NCBI GenBank assembly: GCA_965216325.1
Contig: OZ244160.1
Span: 2,080,001-2,144,000 of the forward strand
DNA from: Coraliomargarita sp.
Lineage (GTDB): Bacteria; Verrucomicrobiota; Verrucomicrobiia; Opitutales; Coraliomargaritaceae
DNA: 64,000 nt
Reading direction: 5' to 3'
Below are positions 39,984 to 49,182 of this stretch, one piece after another (within the stretch, counting starts at the first letter, position 1; every line of letters starts with the position of its first letter). Both the position numbers and the translations under genes were made by a program. Under the pieces are notes generated by a model, which saw nothing but the letters and a program-made list of their open reading frames with translations, was not told the DNA's origin and did not search any database.

Positions 39984-42900
39984 ATGAAGCAACCTAGATC
40001 TATCCCCCTGTCTCATCTACTCACTTCACTGATACACTCCAGCCCCTTACGCGAGTATCGGCTTCGTCTACGAAGCCGACATCTCCGAATGCTTGCCTGT
40101 GTCAGTGTGCTCGTGCTTGGAACGTCGCACGCATCCGCGCAGACAGATTCGGATGGCGACGGTATCCCCGACAGTGTGGAAGGCACGATCGATAGCGATG
40201 GTGATGGTGCTTCCAACCATTACGACCTAGACAGTGATGGCGATGGTTTGGCCGACGCGGTGGAAGGTGCGGGGGATGCTGATAGCGATGGCACGGCAAA
40301 CTTTCTTGATTTGGATTCGGACAACGATGGTTACGCCGATGCGCTTGAAGGTGGCTTCGATCGCTACGACCCCGTTGAAGTGCCCAGTAGTTTTTTAGAC
40401 ATTGTCAGTAGCGTCTTGTCGGAGGGCAGTAACGTAGACGAGTCCTTCCTGAACCCGGCCTATCAAAACGATTTAACACTCACTGGAAATGCCGAGGTGC
40501 GCGTCACTTTCATTGATGAAGGTGCAGGCTACCGCAACGCAGTGGGCTATTACACCTTTAGCCAAGACACGTTTGTCGGCTTGACGAAGGCCGATGTGGA
40601 CACCGACGGATCGGGGCGGGTGTCCATCCAGGAGTTTCTGGCAGTGCCAGGGGTTGAAATCGGCTGGGTGTTTCCGAATGCATCCGAGCTCGATAGTAAC
40701 GGTGGTATCTTGGTCCCAGGGGATTCGTATGTTTTGGGCGATGGGCGAATTTTCCCAACCGGAACAAAAGTTGGCTTTTTCCTCATCGCCAGAGGCTGGT
40801 TGGGCAATGGTCAACTGCGCCAGCCAAACAGTGCCGGCACCTCACCGGATGTGATTTTTACCACCGATTTTCTCAACCCAGTGGCAGAGGCCACCGCCGA
40901 CCTGTCCACGGATTCGTCAACCAACCTTAGCCGACAAGTTGCACTGTTGTTTGACGGCCAAGACCGCAGTGAAATTATCGTTGGCTTTGAGGATATCAGC
41001 CGCTTCCGACGCGCAGACGGCAGCGTTGTCGGTGACCAGGATTTCAACGATGCGGTTTTCTCGGTTAAAAGTAATCCCGCGTCCGCGCTTTCGGCTGCCG
41101 GTATCGTAACGGCTAATACCGAAGGCACTGATGCCGATGGTGACGGCGTGCTCGATGCCGATGAACTTCCGGGAGACAGCGATGGCGATGGCACTCCCAA
41201 TGTAAACGACCCGGACGATGATGGAGATGGCATTGTGACCCCCACCGAGGGCACCGATGATGCGGATGGCGACAACACTGCAAATTATTTAGACACCGAC
41301 TCGGATAACGATGGCATCGACGACTCTGTGGAGGGCGCCGTAGACACTGACCTTGATGGCACCTTTGACTTCCTCGACAGCGATAGCGACGGCGACGGTG
41401 TCAGCGATAGTAGCGAGAGCACCGCAGACAGCGACGGAGATGGGATCGCCGACTATGTCGATAGTGATGATGACGGTGATGGCATTCCCACTGCTGTTGA
41501 AGGAACCATTGATAGTGATGGAGACGGCACCGCAAATTACCTTGATGAAGATAGTGATGGCGACGGTTTGACTGACAGCATTGAAAGCAATGTGGACAGC
41601 GATCTGGACGGCACGTCCAACTATCTCGATACAGACTCTGATGCAGATGGTAGTAGTGACGCACTGGAAGGCAGTCTCGACAGTGATAATGACGGGACTG
41701 CCGACTACCTCGACCTCGATAGCGACGCCGATGGCGTGCCCGATGCGGTCGAGGGCGACGTCGACACCGATGGCGATGGCCAAGTTAACCGGGTGGATAC
41801 CGACGATGATGGCGACGGCCTCTCCACCGCGGACGAAGGCATTGCCGATCCGGATGGCGACGGTCTTGCCAACTATTTGGACACCGATAGCAATAACGAT
41901 GGCGAGCCCGATGGCGGCGGCGACGCAGTATTAGTCGCCACCACCAAAGCCATGCAAGTCGGCTTCACCGGCATGCCACTTTCCTCAGGCGAACAGATTG
42001 TCTACACCGTGACGATTGAAAATACCGGTTCCGACCAAGCCACCACCATTGATGTCAGCGGCCTGGTGCCCGCGCATACCGATTACCTTTCCGGCAGCCT
42101 GAGCATCGACGGTCTTGCCGCTGCTGCTGCGCTATCCACAGAGAGCATACTCCGGGTCGATCCGATCCTAGCCGGCGACAGCGTTGTCTTAGAGTATACC
42201 GTTACGCTCTCCGCAGCCATCCCCAGTGATACCACTTGGATCGAGAGCGCGGTGATGGTCGACTACTTGCAAAGTAACACCACCGAGGTTAGCGACAACG
42301 ACACCTCCGGGCATTGCGGCATTCTCGACGATGGCGCAGACCATGTGAGCGATGCAGGCCTCGCCACCGACGACGATGACCCGACACGCCTGCCACTCTG
42401 GGATGCCGCCTATTATGAAAGCTGCACCCTCGCGTTCGAAGACTTGAAAAACGCCGGCTGGAACGATTGGGATATGAACGATCTGGTCCTCGACGTAACG
42501 AGCTTTTACATTGTTAACGCGAACGATGAGATCGAGAGTATGATCGTCACCTATGAGGTCCTCGCGCGTGGGGCCGGTATGGATTCGCAATTACACCTGG
42601 ACCTGAGCTTCAGTGGTACGGCGCATTGGCAACGTATCTTGTTGGACAATACCGGACAGATCGACGAGCTGATCACTGGCACGGGCGAGGGCGCAGTCAG
42701 CATCCAGGCATGGAGCTCTTCCAAAGATGTGCTACCCGCCTATACCACCTTGAAGCACAAGTGGGGTGCTGCACGCACCGAGCGCTTTGACGACTCAGAG
42801 GATAGTAAGGCCGCAGTGATCACCGTTTATTTCAGGGATCCCAGTGCGAACCCCTTAGCCGGCTTCAGTGAGTCGCCGCACGATACCTGGATTCATATAC

Positions 42901-43238
42901 CGTCGACCCAGCAAGACATTCACCGCATCGAATACGATTTAAGCAGTTCGCAAATCGTTTTGGAGGGCCCCTTGTTTGGGCGCAGTATGCCCTTTGCGGT
43001 AAAGCTGGAAACCGCCTTTGTCTGGCCCGCTGAAAATCAGCCTATCTGGCTCTCTCATCCCGACTATGTCGACTATGTGAAGTCCGCAGGAGTTTTGAAC
43101 TCCGATTGGGCCTCCAACTACGATTATTGGCGCGTCTGGTTTGACCGCGAGGGGATGATGAATGGCGGCGTCTACAACCCCGTCTCGGCAGATGATATCT
43201 ATAAAGACTACGTCGATACTTGGACCACTCAGAATTAG
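39984..43238 (+). CDS. Large secreted Ca-binding adhesin-like protein (TSP3-like DxDGDG repeats, DUF4114, DUF11-like, LruC/DUF4842-like)
   Basis: Long signal peptide ending ASA-Q; ~28-aa DSDGDG..NYLDxDSDxDG repeats; EGAGYRNAVGYY...GFED...DFNDAVF; YTVTIENTG; LAFEDL...DWDMNDLV...WPAE. Confidence 0.85.
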   Translation: MKQPRSIPLSHLLTSLIHSSPLREYRLRLRSRHLRMLACVSVLVLGTSHASAQTDSDGDGIPDSVEGTIDSDGDGASNHYDLDSDGDGLADAVEGAGDADSDGTANFLDLDSDNDGYADALEGGFDRYDPVEVPSSFLDIVSSVLSEGSNVDESFLNPAYQNDLTLTGNAEVRVTFIDEGAGYRNAVGYYTFSQDTFVGLTKADVDTDGSGRVSIQEFLAVPGVEIGWVFPNASELDSNGGILVPGDSYVLGDGRIFPTGTKVGFFLIARGWLGNGQLRQPNSAGTSPDVIFTTDFLNPVAEATADLSTDSSTNLSRQVALLFDGQDRSEIIVGFEDISRFRRADGSVVGDQDFNDAVFSVKSNPASALSAAGIVTANTEGTDADGDGVLDADELPGDSDGDGTPNVNDPDDDGDGIVTPTEGTDDADGDNTANYLDTDSDNDGIDDSVEGAVDTDLDGTFDFLDSDSDGDGVSDSSESTADSDGDGIADYVDSDDDGDGIPTAVEGTIDSDGDGTANYLDEDSDGDGLTDSIESNVDSDLDGTSNYLDTDSDADGSSDALEGSLDSDNDGTADYLDLDSDADGVPDAVEGDVDTDGDGQVNRVDTDDDGDGLSTADEGIADPDGDGLANYLDTDSNNDGEPDGGGDAVLVATTKAMQVGFTGMPLSSGEQIVYTVTIENTGSDQATTIDVSGLVPAHTDYLSGSLSIDGLAAAAALSTESILRVDPILAGDSVVLEYTVTLSAAIPSDTTWIESAVMVDYLQSNTTEVSDNDTSGHCGILDDGADHVSDAGLATDDDDPTRLPLWDAAYYESCTLAFEDLKNAGWNDWDMNDLVLDVTSFYIVNANDEIESMIVTYEVLARGAGMDSQLHLDLSFSGTAHWQRILLDNTGQIDELITGTGEGAVSIQAWSSSKDVLPAYTTLKHKWGAARTERFDDSEDSKAAVITVYFRDPSANPLAGFSESPHDTWIHIPSTQQDIHRIEYDLSSSQIVLEGPLFGRSMPFAVKLETAFVWPAENQPIWLSHPDYVDYVKSAGVLNSDWASNYDYWRVWFDREGMMNGGVYNPVSADDIYKDYVDTWTTQN

Positions 43239-43261
43239 TTAGGGTAGTTAGTTAGTTGGAG

Positions 43262-43320
43262 TGCCCACCAGTGCTGAGCAGATGCATCCCCCCTAATGCA
43301 TGCTCAGTGCTGGTTGGGCA
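43262..43320 (+). other. Long stem-loop downstream of the adhesin gene
   Basis: TGCCCACCAGTGCTGAGCA...TGCTCAGTGCTGGTTGGGCA; no U-tract. Confidence 0.55.
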
Positions 43321-43503
43321 CCTTCCTATCGGCCCGCGTCGCCAGACGGGAACCTATTGCAAGCGCTCGAAGGCGACCGCTGTGCGTGGAGATCGCTACT
43401 GCGAGTGTTGGACTTCTGCTCAGTCCCTGCTGGAGAACCTGCTCCTGATTTGACATAGCACGGTGCTACTGGTCCTTTAAATGATCCTAAGCTATAGACA
43501 ATC

Positions 43504-45252
43504 ATGCCGCTACACCTGAGCAATCCCTACACCAAGTTTCTCCTGATCCCGCTGTGCTTACTCGCGCTCCTTACCTGTCTGACCATAAGTGATGTCTATG
43601 CGAGCACGGATGCGGAAACGGTGGATGAGCCGCCAGTGCTTAAACCACTGCGCCAGAGTCGAGCCGCCGAATTAGCTGAGACTTGGGCGACGATTAATGA
43701 GAACGTCGCCAGCCTGCAGCAATTAGAGGAGGAGATCGAGGCTACCAGTGCCAGCATGCGCCAAGTCTTGGAGCGGCGTACCGACACACTGTTTAGTCGC
43801 AGCATCGAACTGTCGCTCGAATTCTGCGAGCAGGTAGCCGACTTGCACGATGCAGGCTTTGACGTGGGCGAGTATCGACAGCATGCCCTCGGGCTCATCG
43901 ATGAAATCCCATCAGGAGTCGAGCGCTCGATTGAGCGTCTGCGCGCGCGTATCGAGATGCCGGACTTCACCAAGTCGGCCTTGGAGCAAATCGCGATCGA
44001 CCGCAAGCTCGTGGATGCGACTCGCCTGTATCGACGAATGAATATGGTCCTCTTGGATACCAGCCGTATTGCGGCTCGCTATGACCTGGATCTGGCGGAC
44101 TTGAAGGCCGATACCCTCGACCACTTGGAGACCAGTGCGATCAATACCTCTGTCTTTCTCGATCTGGCCATCACCGAAGTGCGCAACCTGCGCACCAGCC
44201 TCTCCGTCATGCCCGACGATGCCGAGCTGCAGGCCAAGCTGCGCGTGGCCGAGATCCGCGTGCGCGAGATCATCAAACTACTCACCGACAATGTCGAATC
44301 GCTGCGCGCCGCGGACCTGCCTACTGCTCAATACCAGCGCCAATTACTTGTAGCCACTGGGATGGTGACCACGGTCTCGCTCGACGCCAAGGTCTGGGCC
44401 AACGTCCTACAGGAATGGTGGCACACTGCGCTCCATTTCCTTAAAACCGAGGGGCCCGACTTTCTTTTTCAAGCGCTGTTTTTTGTGCTCATTGTCTATG
44501 GATTTTACCGGCTCGCCGGAGTCGTCGGCTGGCTGGTCGACCGCCTGCTCGAGGCCCGCCATGTCAGACTCTCCCGCTTGATGCAGCAGATGATCGCCTC
44601 GATTGCGCGCAGTATGACCATCCTTTGGGGCCTCTTTATCGCGCTCTCGCAGTTTAATGTCTCGGTCGGACCCATGCTCGCCGGCCTCGGTATCGCTGGT
44701 TTCATTATCGGTTTCGCACTGCAGGACTCTCTGTCCAACTTTGCCTCCGGGATGATGATCCTCTTTTATAAACCCTTCGATGTCGGCGACTCTGTGGTGG
44801 CCGGAGGCGTGCGTGGCAAAGTCAGCTCCATGAGCCTGGTCAATACCACCATTCGCACCTTCGATAACCAATCACTCATTGTTCCCAACAATAAGATCTG
44901 GCAGGATGTCATTACCAACATCACCGATCAGCACATCCGCCGCATCGATATGGAGTTCGGTATCACCTACGATGAAGATATCGAACGCGTTGAAACACTC
45001 CTGCGCGACCTGCTCAAAGAGGATCCACGCGTGCTCAAAGAGCCGGAGTCCCGCATCATGGTCGGCTCCTTCGGCGATTCGTCCGTCAATATCCTCTGTC
45101 GCCCCTGGGTGCGCACCGAAGACTATTGGGAGGTCCACTGGGACTTGAATAAACGCGTCAAGCAAGCCTTCGACCGCGAGGGCATCACCATCCCATTCCC
45201 ACAACGCGACGTGCATCTTTACACGCAACCACCGGCCGAAGAGAACGAGTAG
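43504..45252 (+). CDS. MscS family mechanosensitive channel with a large N-terminal periplasmic domain
   Basis: GFALQDSLSNFASG, KPFDVGD, IVPNNKIW and IPFPQRDVH motifs. Confidence 0.93.
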   Translation: MPLHLSNPYTKFLLIPLCLLALLTCLTISDVYASTDAETVDEPPVLKPLRQSRAAELAETWATINENVASLQQLEEEIEATSASMRQVLERRTDTLFSRSIELSLEFCEQVADLHDAGFDVGEYRQHALGLIDEIPSGVERSIERLRARIEMPDFTKSALEQIAIDRKLVDATRLYRRMNMVLLDTSRIAARYDLDLADLKADTLDHLETSAINTSVFLDLAITEVRNLRTSLSVMPDDAELQAKLRVAEIRVREIIKLLTDNVESLRAADLPTAQYQRQLLVATGMVTTVSLDAKVWANVLQEWWHTALHFLKTEGPDFLFQALFFVLIVYGFYRLAGVVGWLVDRLLEARHVRLSRLMQQMIASIARSMTILWGLFIALSQFNVSVGPMLAGLGIAGFIIGFALQDSLSNFASGMMILFYKPFDVGDSVVAGGVRGKVSSMSLVNTTIRTFDNQSLIVPNNKIWQDVITNITDQHIRRIDMEFGITYDEDIERVETLLRDLLKEDPRVLKEPESRIMVGSFGDSSVNILCRPWVRTEDYWEVHWDLNKRVKQAFDREGITIPFPQRDVHLYTQPPAEENE

Positions 45253-45282
45253 TATCAATTCCATAAAGGTCTGGCCTGAAAT

Positions 45283-45435
45283 ACCCCTCCCACCTGCCCT
45301 TCAACAAGCTCAGGGCAGGCGAGCCTGTCGAACTGCAAGCGGGATGACCTCTCCTTGGCAGGGAAGGAGTTCCTTAAGCTCACTTCTTTCCTGAGATGAG
45401 CCTGTCGAATCTGTTGAGCATATCCTTATACACAT
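45283..45435. repeat. Degenerate DUF559-type repeat with inserted TTCGACAAGCTCA-type modules
   Basis: ACCCCTCC...ACCTCTCCTTGGCAGGGAAGGAG frame, with modules at 45297 and 45321 and another at 45397. Confidence 0.65.
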
Positions 45436-45475
45436 CTTTGACTTTTTAATTTAACGCTAAAAATGGACTATATAA

Positions 45476-45529
45476 AGCTCCTCCCCAGCCAAGGGGAGGT
45501 GTCTGCGCAAGCAGACGGAGGGGTTTTCG
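45476..45529 (+). repeat. Left double-hairpin repeat flanking DUF559
   Basis: AGCTCCTCCCCAGCCAAGGGGAGGTGTCTGCGCAAGCAGACGGAGGGGTTTTCG. Confidence 0.85.
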
Positions 45530-45565
45530 CTGGTAATGGCTATCCCTGGAAGTAATTTGTAAGGT

Positions 45566-45943
45566 ATGTCTGTTGGTGACCAAAAGCGACTCAACAACTT
45601 CCCTGCGCTAAAGCACTTCCGTAGAAAACTACGGAGACATATGACGCCTGCTGAAGCAAAACTCTGGACTTACCTGAAAGGCAAACAACTCGAAGGTCGA
45701 AAGTTTCGTCGCCAGCACAGTGTCAGCCAGTATATTTTGGATTTTTACTGTCCAGCATCAAAGCTGGCCATTGAACTGGACGGGCAGGCGCATAACAGCG
45801 CGATGGCTGCCGAATACGACCACGAACGCACACGCTTCCTTGAAGCGACAGGCATTCAAGTGATTCGATTTGAAAACAAGACTGTCTTCGACCACCCTGA
45901 GTGGGTCTTAGAACAGATTCGCATGGCAGTTAACAAAAGCTGA
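45566..45943 (+). CDS. DUF559 (Vsr-like PD-(D/E)xK) endonuclease
   Basis: RRKLRRHMTPAEAKLW, KFRRQH, YILDFYC, IELDG..H and G..VIRFEN motifs. Confidence 0.93.
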   Translation: MSVGDQKRLNNFPALKHFRRKLRRHMTPAEAKLWTYLKGKQLEGRKFRRQHSVSQYILDFYCPASKLAIELDGQAHNSAMAAEYDHERTRFLEATGIQVIRFENKTVFDHPEWVLEQIRMAVNKS

Positions 45944-45952
45944 GGCTCGGCC

Positions 45953-46007
45953 CGAAACCCTTCCGTCTGCGACAAGCGCAGCCACCTTCCCTTGGCAGGG
46001 AAGGAGT
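45953..46007 (-). repeat. Right double-hairpin repeat flanking DUF559 (inverted copy)
   Basis: rc ACTCCTTCCCTGCCAAGGGAAGGTGGCTGCGCTTGTCGCAGACGGAAGGGTTTCG matches the left repeat, with compensatory changes. Confidence 0.85.
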
Positions 46008-46039
46008 CATTTAGTGATCACTCCGCTGCCCCTCCGACT

Positions 46040-46233
46040 TCTGTATAAGGATATGCTTGTCGAGACGGGGTGGATTGCCTGCCGTGAGCTTGTCGAAGGG
46101 TCAAAGGTGCGAGGCGAGACGGGGTGGTGCTCTGTCTCTATTCAGGAAGTTGACGACCTAAGAATGCAAGCACTCCCTTAAGCTCCCCTCCTTGTCGAGG
46201 AGGGGTGGATCGCGGAGCGAGACGGGGTGGTGC
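46040..46233. repeat. Two copies of a second hairpin-repeat subfamily, one expanded and one minimal
   Basis: Minimal AGCTCCCCTCCTTGTCGAGGAGGGGTGGATCGCGGAGCGAGACGGGGTGGTGC (46181-46233). The copy at about 46057-46130 has GCCTGCCGTGAGCTTGTCGAAGGG inserted. Confidence 0.75.
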
Positions 46234-46273
46234 TTCTAAGGTGAGATCCTTTTTACACAATCAAGCCGCGGCG

Positions 46274-46663
46274 CTACTTGAAACGAATCGCCTGCGCGCT
46301 CAGGCGTTTCACGACGCGGGAGGTCACAAACTCTCCGCCGCCCGCAGCCGGGTCGCTGCTGGTGGCCAACTCGGATTCCGTTTCCTGCAAGATGATCCCC
46401 TCGGCACCGACCGACATGGCTTTCTGTTTGAGCGACTCGAGCAGCGCGGCTGCATCCATGGTATCGCTGGTTGCCGAGACGACGCCGATCACCGTGTGCG
46501 GGCGGGCCGGCTTTGTCTCGAACACTTCAACCGCTTGCGTGGCCTCAAAGCTCACGTCGGGATCGACCGCCTCATAGTGAGTGGACGCGCAGCCGGAGAG
46601 CAGTAACAGGCCGAGCACGGCCAAGGAAATACGTAGGGTGGTTTGAATCGAGTGAGGCTTCAT
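46274..46663 (-). CDS. Hypothetical lipoprotein
   Basis: MKPH...LLLLSGC lipobox; LKQKAMSVGAEGII resembles YbjQ/DUF4156-like folds. Confidence 0.75.
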   Translation of the reverse strand: MKPHSIQTTLRISLAVLGLLLLSGCASTHYEAVDPDVSFEATQAVEVFETKPARPHTVIGVVSATSDTMDAAALLESLKQKAMSVGAEGIILQETESELATSSDPAAGGGEFVTSRVVKRLSAQAIRFK

Positions 46664-46744
46664 GACTTGGGGAGTCTTCAAACAGTGTCGAAGGCAGTCG
46701 CGCGATGCGAGGCTATTTACGGATTCAGGGGAAGAATGAAGCAC

Positions 46745-46821
46745 GTAGGGGCGTTGCTTGCGACGCCCGCCGCGTCAGAGTCGCCGTTCCAGACTGCGGG
46801 CTTCGCAAGCAAAGCCCCTAC
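46745..46821. repeat. GTAG-type REP doublet (REPIN)
   Basis: GTAGGGGCGTTGCTTGCGACGCCC ... GGGCTTCGCAAGCAAAGCCCCTAC; another GTAGGGACGCC...GGCGTCC REP at 46940. Confidence 0.8.
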
Positions 46822-46984
46822 AATTAAACGCATAGGCATTAGCACCTCAAGTTAGGGCCATTGCGGATTCAGGGTTCTTTACCCGCGAATGTTTGAGTCG
46901 CACAGGCACGTGTCAGACCTAACTTGGCTTTAGTAAACGGTAGGGACGCCTGCCTCTAGGCGTCCGGGATCTCATCTAACTGCA

Positions 46985-47053
46985 GCGGACGTCGTTGCAG
47001 AGGAGCAGCGCTCGTATAATATGTCGCGGATTCGGTCGAAAGATACGAAGCCA
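46985..47053 (+). pseudogene. vsr: Vsr (very short patch repair endonuclease) N-terminal remnant
   Basis: Reads ADVVAEEQRSYNMSRIRSKDTKP, the signature Vsr N-terminus, then similarity stops; no start codon. Confidence 0.75.
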
Positions 47054-47358
47054 ACACTTGGATCTTTATATTTTGCGTTCGACCCCTTTTAGCCTCCCAT
47101 GATTGACGCATACCATCACTAATTGACGCTAATGATTGAGTCGCACGGGCATCTTGCCTGTGTTTTTAAGTGATGATGTTGGGGTGTTAAAATTGCTAAA
47201 AGCCAAAGGGTAAGTCGTGATTGCGGAGCTGATTAGCTCTGATGTATTTGGTTTCTCGATTCAGGCCGTGGACGGGTGTGACGTATGTTTATTTTAAGCC
47301 TTTGTTCTTGATAGTCCTCTTGGTACTCGGGCTCTGGTTGATTGACTAGCTGCTGCGC

Positions 47359-47787
47359 TCAATCTTCCAGCGGAATTTTGTGGAAATCGCACCACGAGCG
47401 GAGTGCTTTACGCTGGGCTGTTTCCTCAAACTCATACCACCTATCAAGCAAATCGTTGCTTTCGAGCCAGTTCTTCCAGCGGCGGTAGGCGCCTTTTCCT
47501 CGAAATAGCTCGCGAATTTTGGGTTCCAGGCCGGGGATTTGAGCGCGCACAAATTCCCAGACGCATTGGGTGCCAAGGTTCAAGTCAAACTTGTCGGGTA
47601 TATGCAGGTAGTTGTTATCTAAGTCGATATCCTCAACGGGGCAGGGCTCTCCCGTGATCTCCTCATTGTTATAAACAACTTCTCCGCTTAGTTTAGAAAC
47701 GTAGGCATGCATTTCGTCGGAGCCATCGCAGATGTCATAGGCCCATTCAATTTCATCAAACTTACTGCGTTGTGGAGTATCACTCAT
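47359..47787 (-). CDS. UPF0158-like protein
   Basis: AYVSKLSGEV, YLHIP and FRGKGAYRRWKNWL...WYEFE...W pattern. Confidence 0.75.
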   Translation of the reverse strand: MSDTPQRSKFDEIEWAYDICDGSDEMHAYVSKLSGEVVYNNEEITGEPCPVEDIDLDNNYLHIPDKFDLNLGTQCVWEFVRAQIPGLEPKIRELFRGKGAYRRWKNWLESNDLLDRWYEFEETAQRKALRSWCDFHKIPLED

Positions 47788-47808
47788 CGTATCAATTCGG
47801 AATGGTTG

Positions 47809-47958
47809 CTAGCCAAAGAAACAGTAGTCTTCATCTTTGTGGATGACAGTCACCGATTCGAGTCTGCTGGAATGCGTGAAGATTCCCCGCACGGCCCAGT
47901 CAATGAACAGAACGATGATCGCTTCGATGCAGTAGGTGATGCGTTTGGGGAGTTTCAT
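47809..47958 (-). CDS. Possible small membrane peptide (49 aa)
   Basis: MKLPKRITYCIEAIIVLFIDWAVRGIF...FFG*; fills the gap between co-oriented genes; no family recognised. Confidence 0.3.
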   Translation of the reverse strand: MKLPKRITYCIEAIIVLFIDWAVRGIFTHSSRLESVTVIHKDEDYCFFG

Positions 47959-47999
47959 GCCAGAAAAGTTATCGAAGGCATCCAAGTCTTGATGAGTGA

Positions 48000-48764
48000 T
48001 TAGGCAAGGCTTGGTTTCTTAGCTGCCTTCTTAGCCGTTTTCTTTTTCGCAGCCTTTTTTGTGGGTGCTTTTTTCAGGCGGACTTGAAAGAACTTCTGCC
48101 CGTTGTTGTCCACGGACCTTGTTTCGAATAGATCAATTGCGCTGAATAAGTCACTGAGCTTTGCATAGCCATAGGTGCGGTGGTCGAAGGGGCTCTGGTT
48201 GGCGATGTGGGAGCCCACCGGACCAAGCCGTGCCCAACCGTCCTCGTCCTGAGCAGCCTCCACTGCGTTGCGGAACGCATTCATTAGCTTCGTGTTTCCC
48301 TTGAGTTCGTTGGCTGATTTCCGTTTCGTGGGGCCCCCGTCGAGATAGACGAACTGGCTGCAGCTGTTCACGAACGCGCTGGGTGCTTTCTGGTCGCCGA
48401 ATCCGATCACCCGTTTCCCTCCGGCGCGCAAGCGTTGGCAGAGTGGGTTGAAGTCGCAGTCGGACGTCACCAATCCAAAGACCTGCACGTCGTTGGTGTA
48501 GAGGATGTCCATGGCATCGATCAACAGAGCCATATCGGAGGCATTCTTGCCCTTGGTCAGGTCAAAGAGTTGCACCGGCTGAATGGAGTGCTCGTGCAAC
48601 ACCTTCTCCCAACCGGAGAGCTCGGACTTTTTCCAATTGCCATAGGCTTTGCGGATATTGACGGTCCCATACGATGCCAGTTCGGAGATGATGAATTCGA
48701 TTTTTGCTGCCGGCGCATTGTCCGCGTCGATCAACAGGGCGATACTTTCGTTGGTGTTGGGCAT
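48000..48764 (-). CDS. NYN (LabA/DUF88) PIN-like nuclease with OST-HTH/LOTUS domain
   Basis: LLIDADN, AYGNW, KNASDMALLIDAMD, TSDCDF and FDHRTYGYAKLSDL motifs; Lys/Ala-rich tail. Confidence 0.92.
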   Translation of the reverse strand: MPNTNESIALLIDADNAPAAKIEFIISELASYGTVNIRKAYGNWKKSELSGWEKVLHEHSIQPVQLFDLTKGKNASDMALLIDAMDILYTNDVQVFGLVTSDCDFNPLCQRLRAGGKRVIGFGDQKAPSAFVNSCSQFVYLDGGPTKRKSANELKGNTKLMNAFRNAVEAAQDEDGWARLGPVGSHIANQSPFDHRTYGYAKLSDLFSAIDLFETRSVDNNGQKFFQVRLKKAPTKKAAKKKTAKKAAKKPSLA

Positions 48765-48831
48765 GATGAGAGATCAGCAGACCACCAGACAGTTGGCTAA
48801 CAAATATTTAAAATGCTTTTCTAGCCCCGCA

Positions 48832-49182
48832 TCAATCTGCCCAGTCGGTAAACCGCTTTTTCTTTAATTTTCCATCGCTCTGCAATTCGACGGTGCAGGG
48901 TAGGTAGAGCAGACCGTTTTCGTAATGCACTGTCGGGTCATTGAATCGCTGCTTCATTGCTTTGGACAAAGCTACAAGCTTTCTATGCTGGGCTCGCGCG
49001 CCGAAGATGCCTGTGCGGGCGGAACTATTGTAGCGGTCAATCAGCTCCGCGTCGGAGAGGGCTGCCAGTTCGGTGGCCTCTTTGATGATCTCTGCCTCGT
49101 CGTGAAGCGTCGGCAGATAGATTGCTTTGAGTTTACTGCGTATTTGGGCCATGTTTCTTCCTTCTAGTAGCGGTTCAGCCAC
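48832..49182 (-). CDS. Hypothetical protein
   Basis: ORF coupled to the upstream gene; no recognisable motif. Confidence 0.55.
   Translation of the reverse strand: MAEPLLEGRNMAQIRSKLKAIYLPTLHDEAEIIKEATELAALSDAELIDRYNSSARTGIFGARAQHRKLVALSKAMKQRFNDPTVHYENGLLYLPCTVELQSDGKLKKKRFTDWAD

Noticed and set aside
41120..41920. Periodic ~84-bp DNA repeats
   Set aside because: They are degenerate coding repeats (DxDGDG Ca-binding units) within the adhesin.
43321..43500. ORFs 43256..43453 and 43326..43523, and the palindrome TAGCACGGTGCTA
   Set aside because: No recognisable motifs; the single short palindrome has no second copy to support a call.
34615..46233. Dispersed palindromic repeats as a possible CRISPR array or integron attC array
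   Set aside because: No regular repeat-spacer period, no cas or intI gene, mixed orientations.
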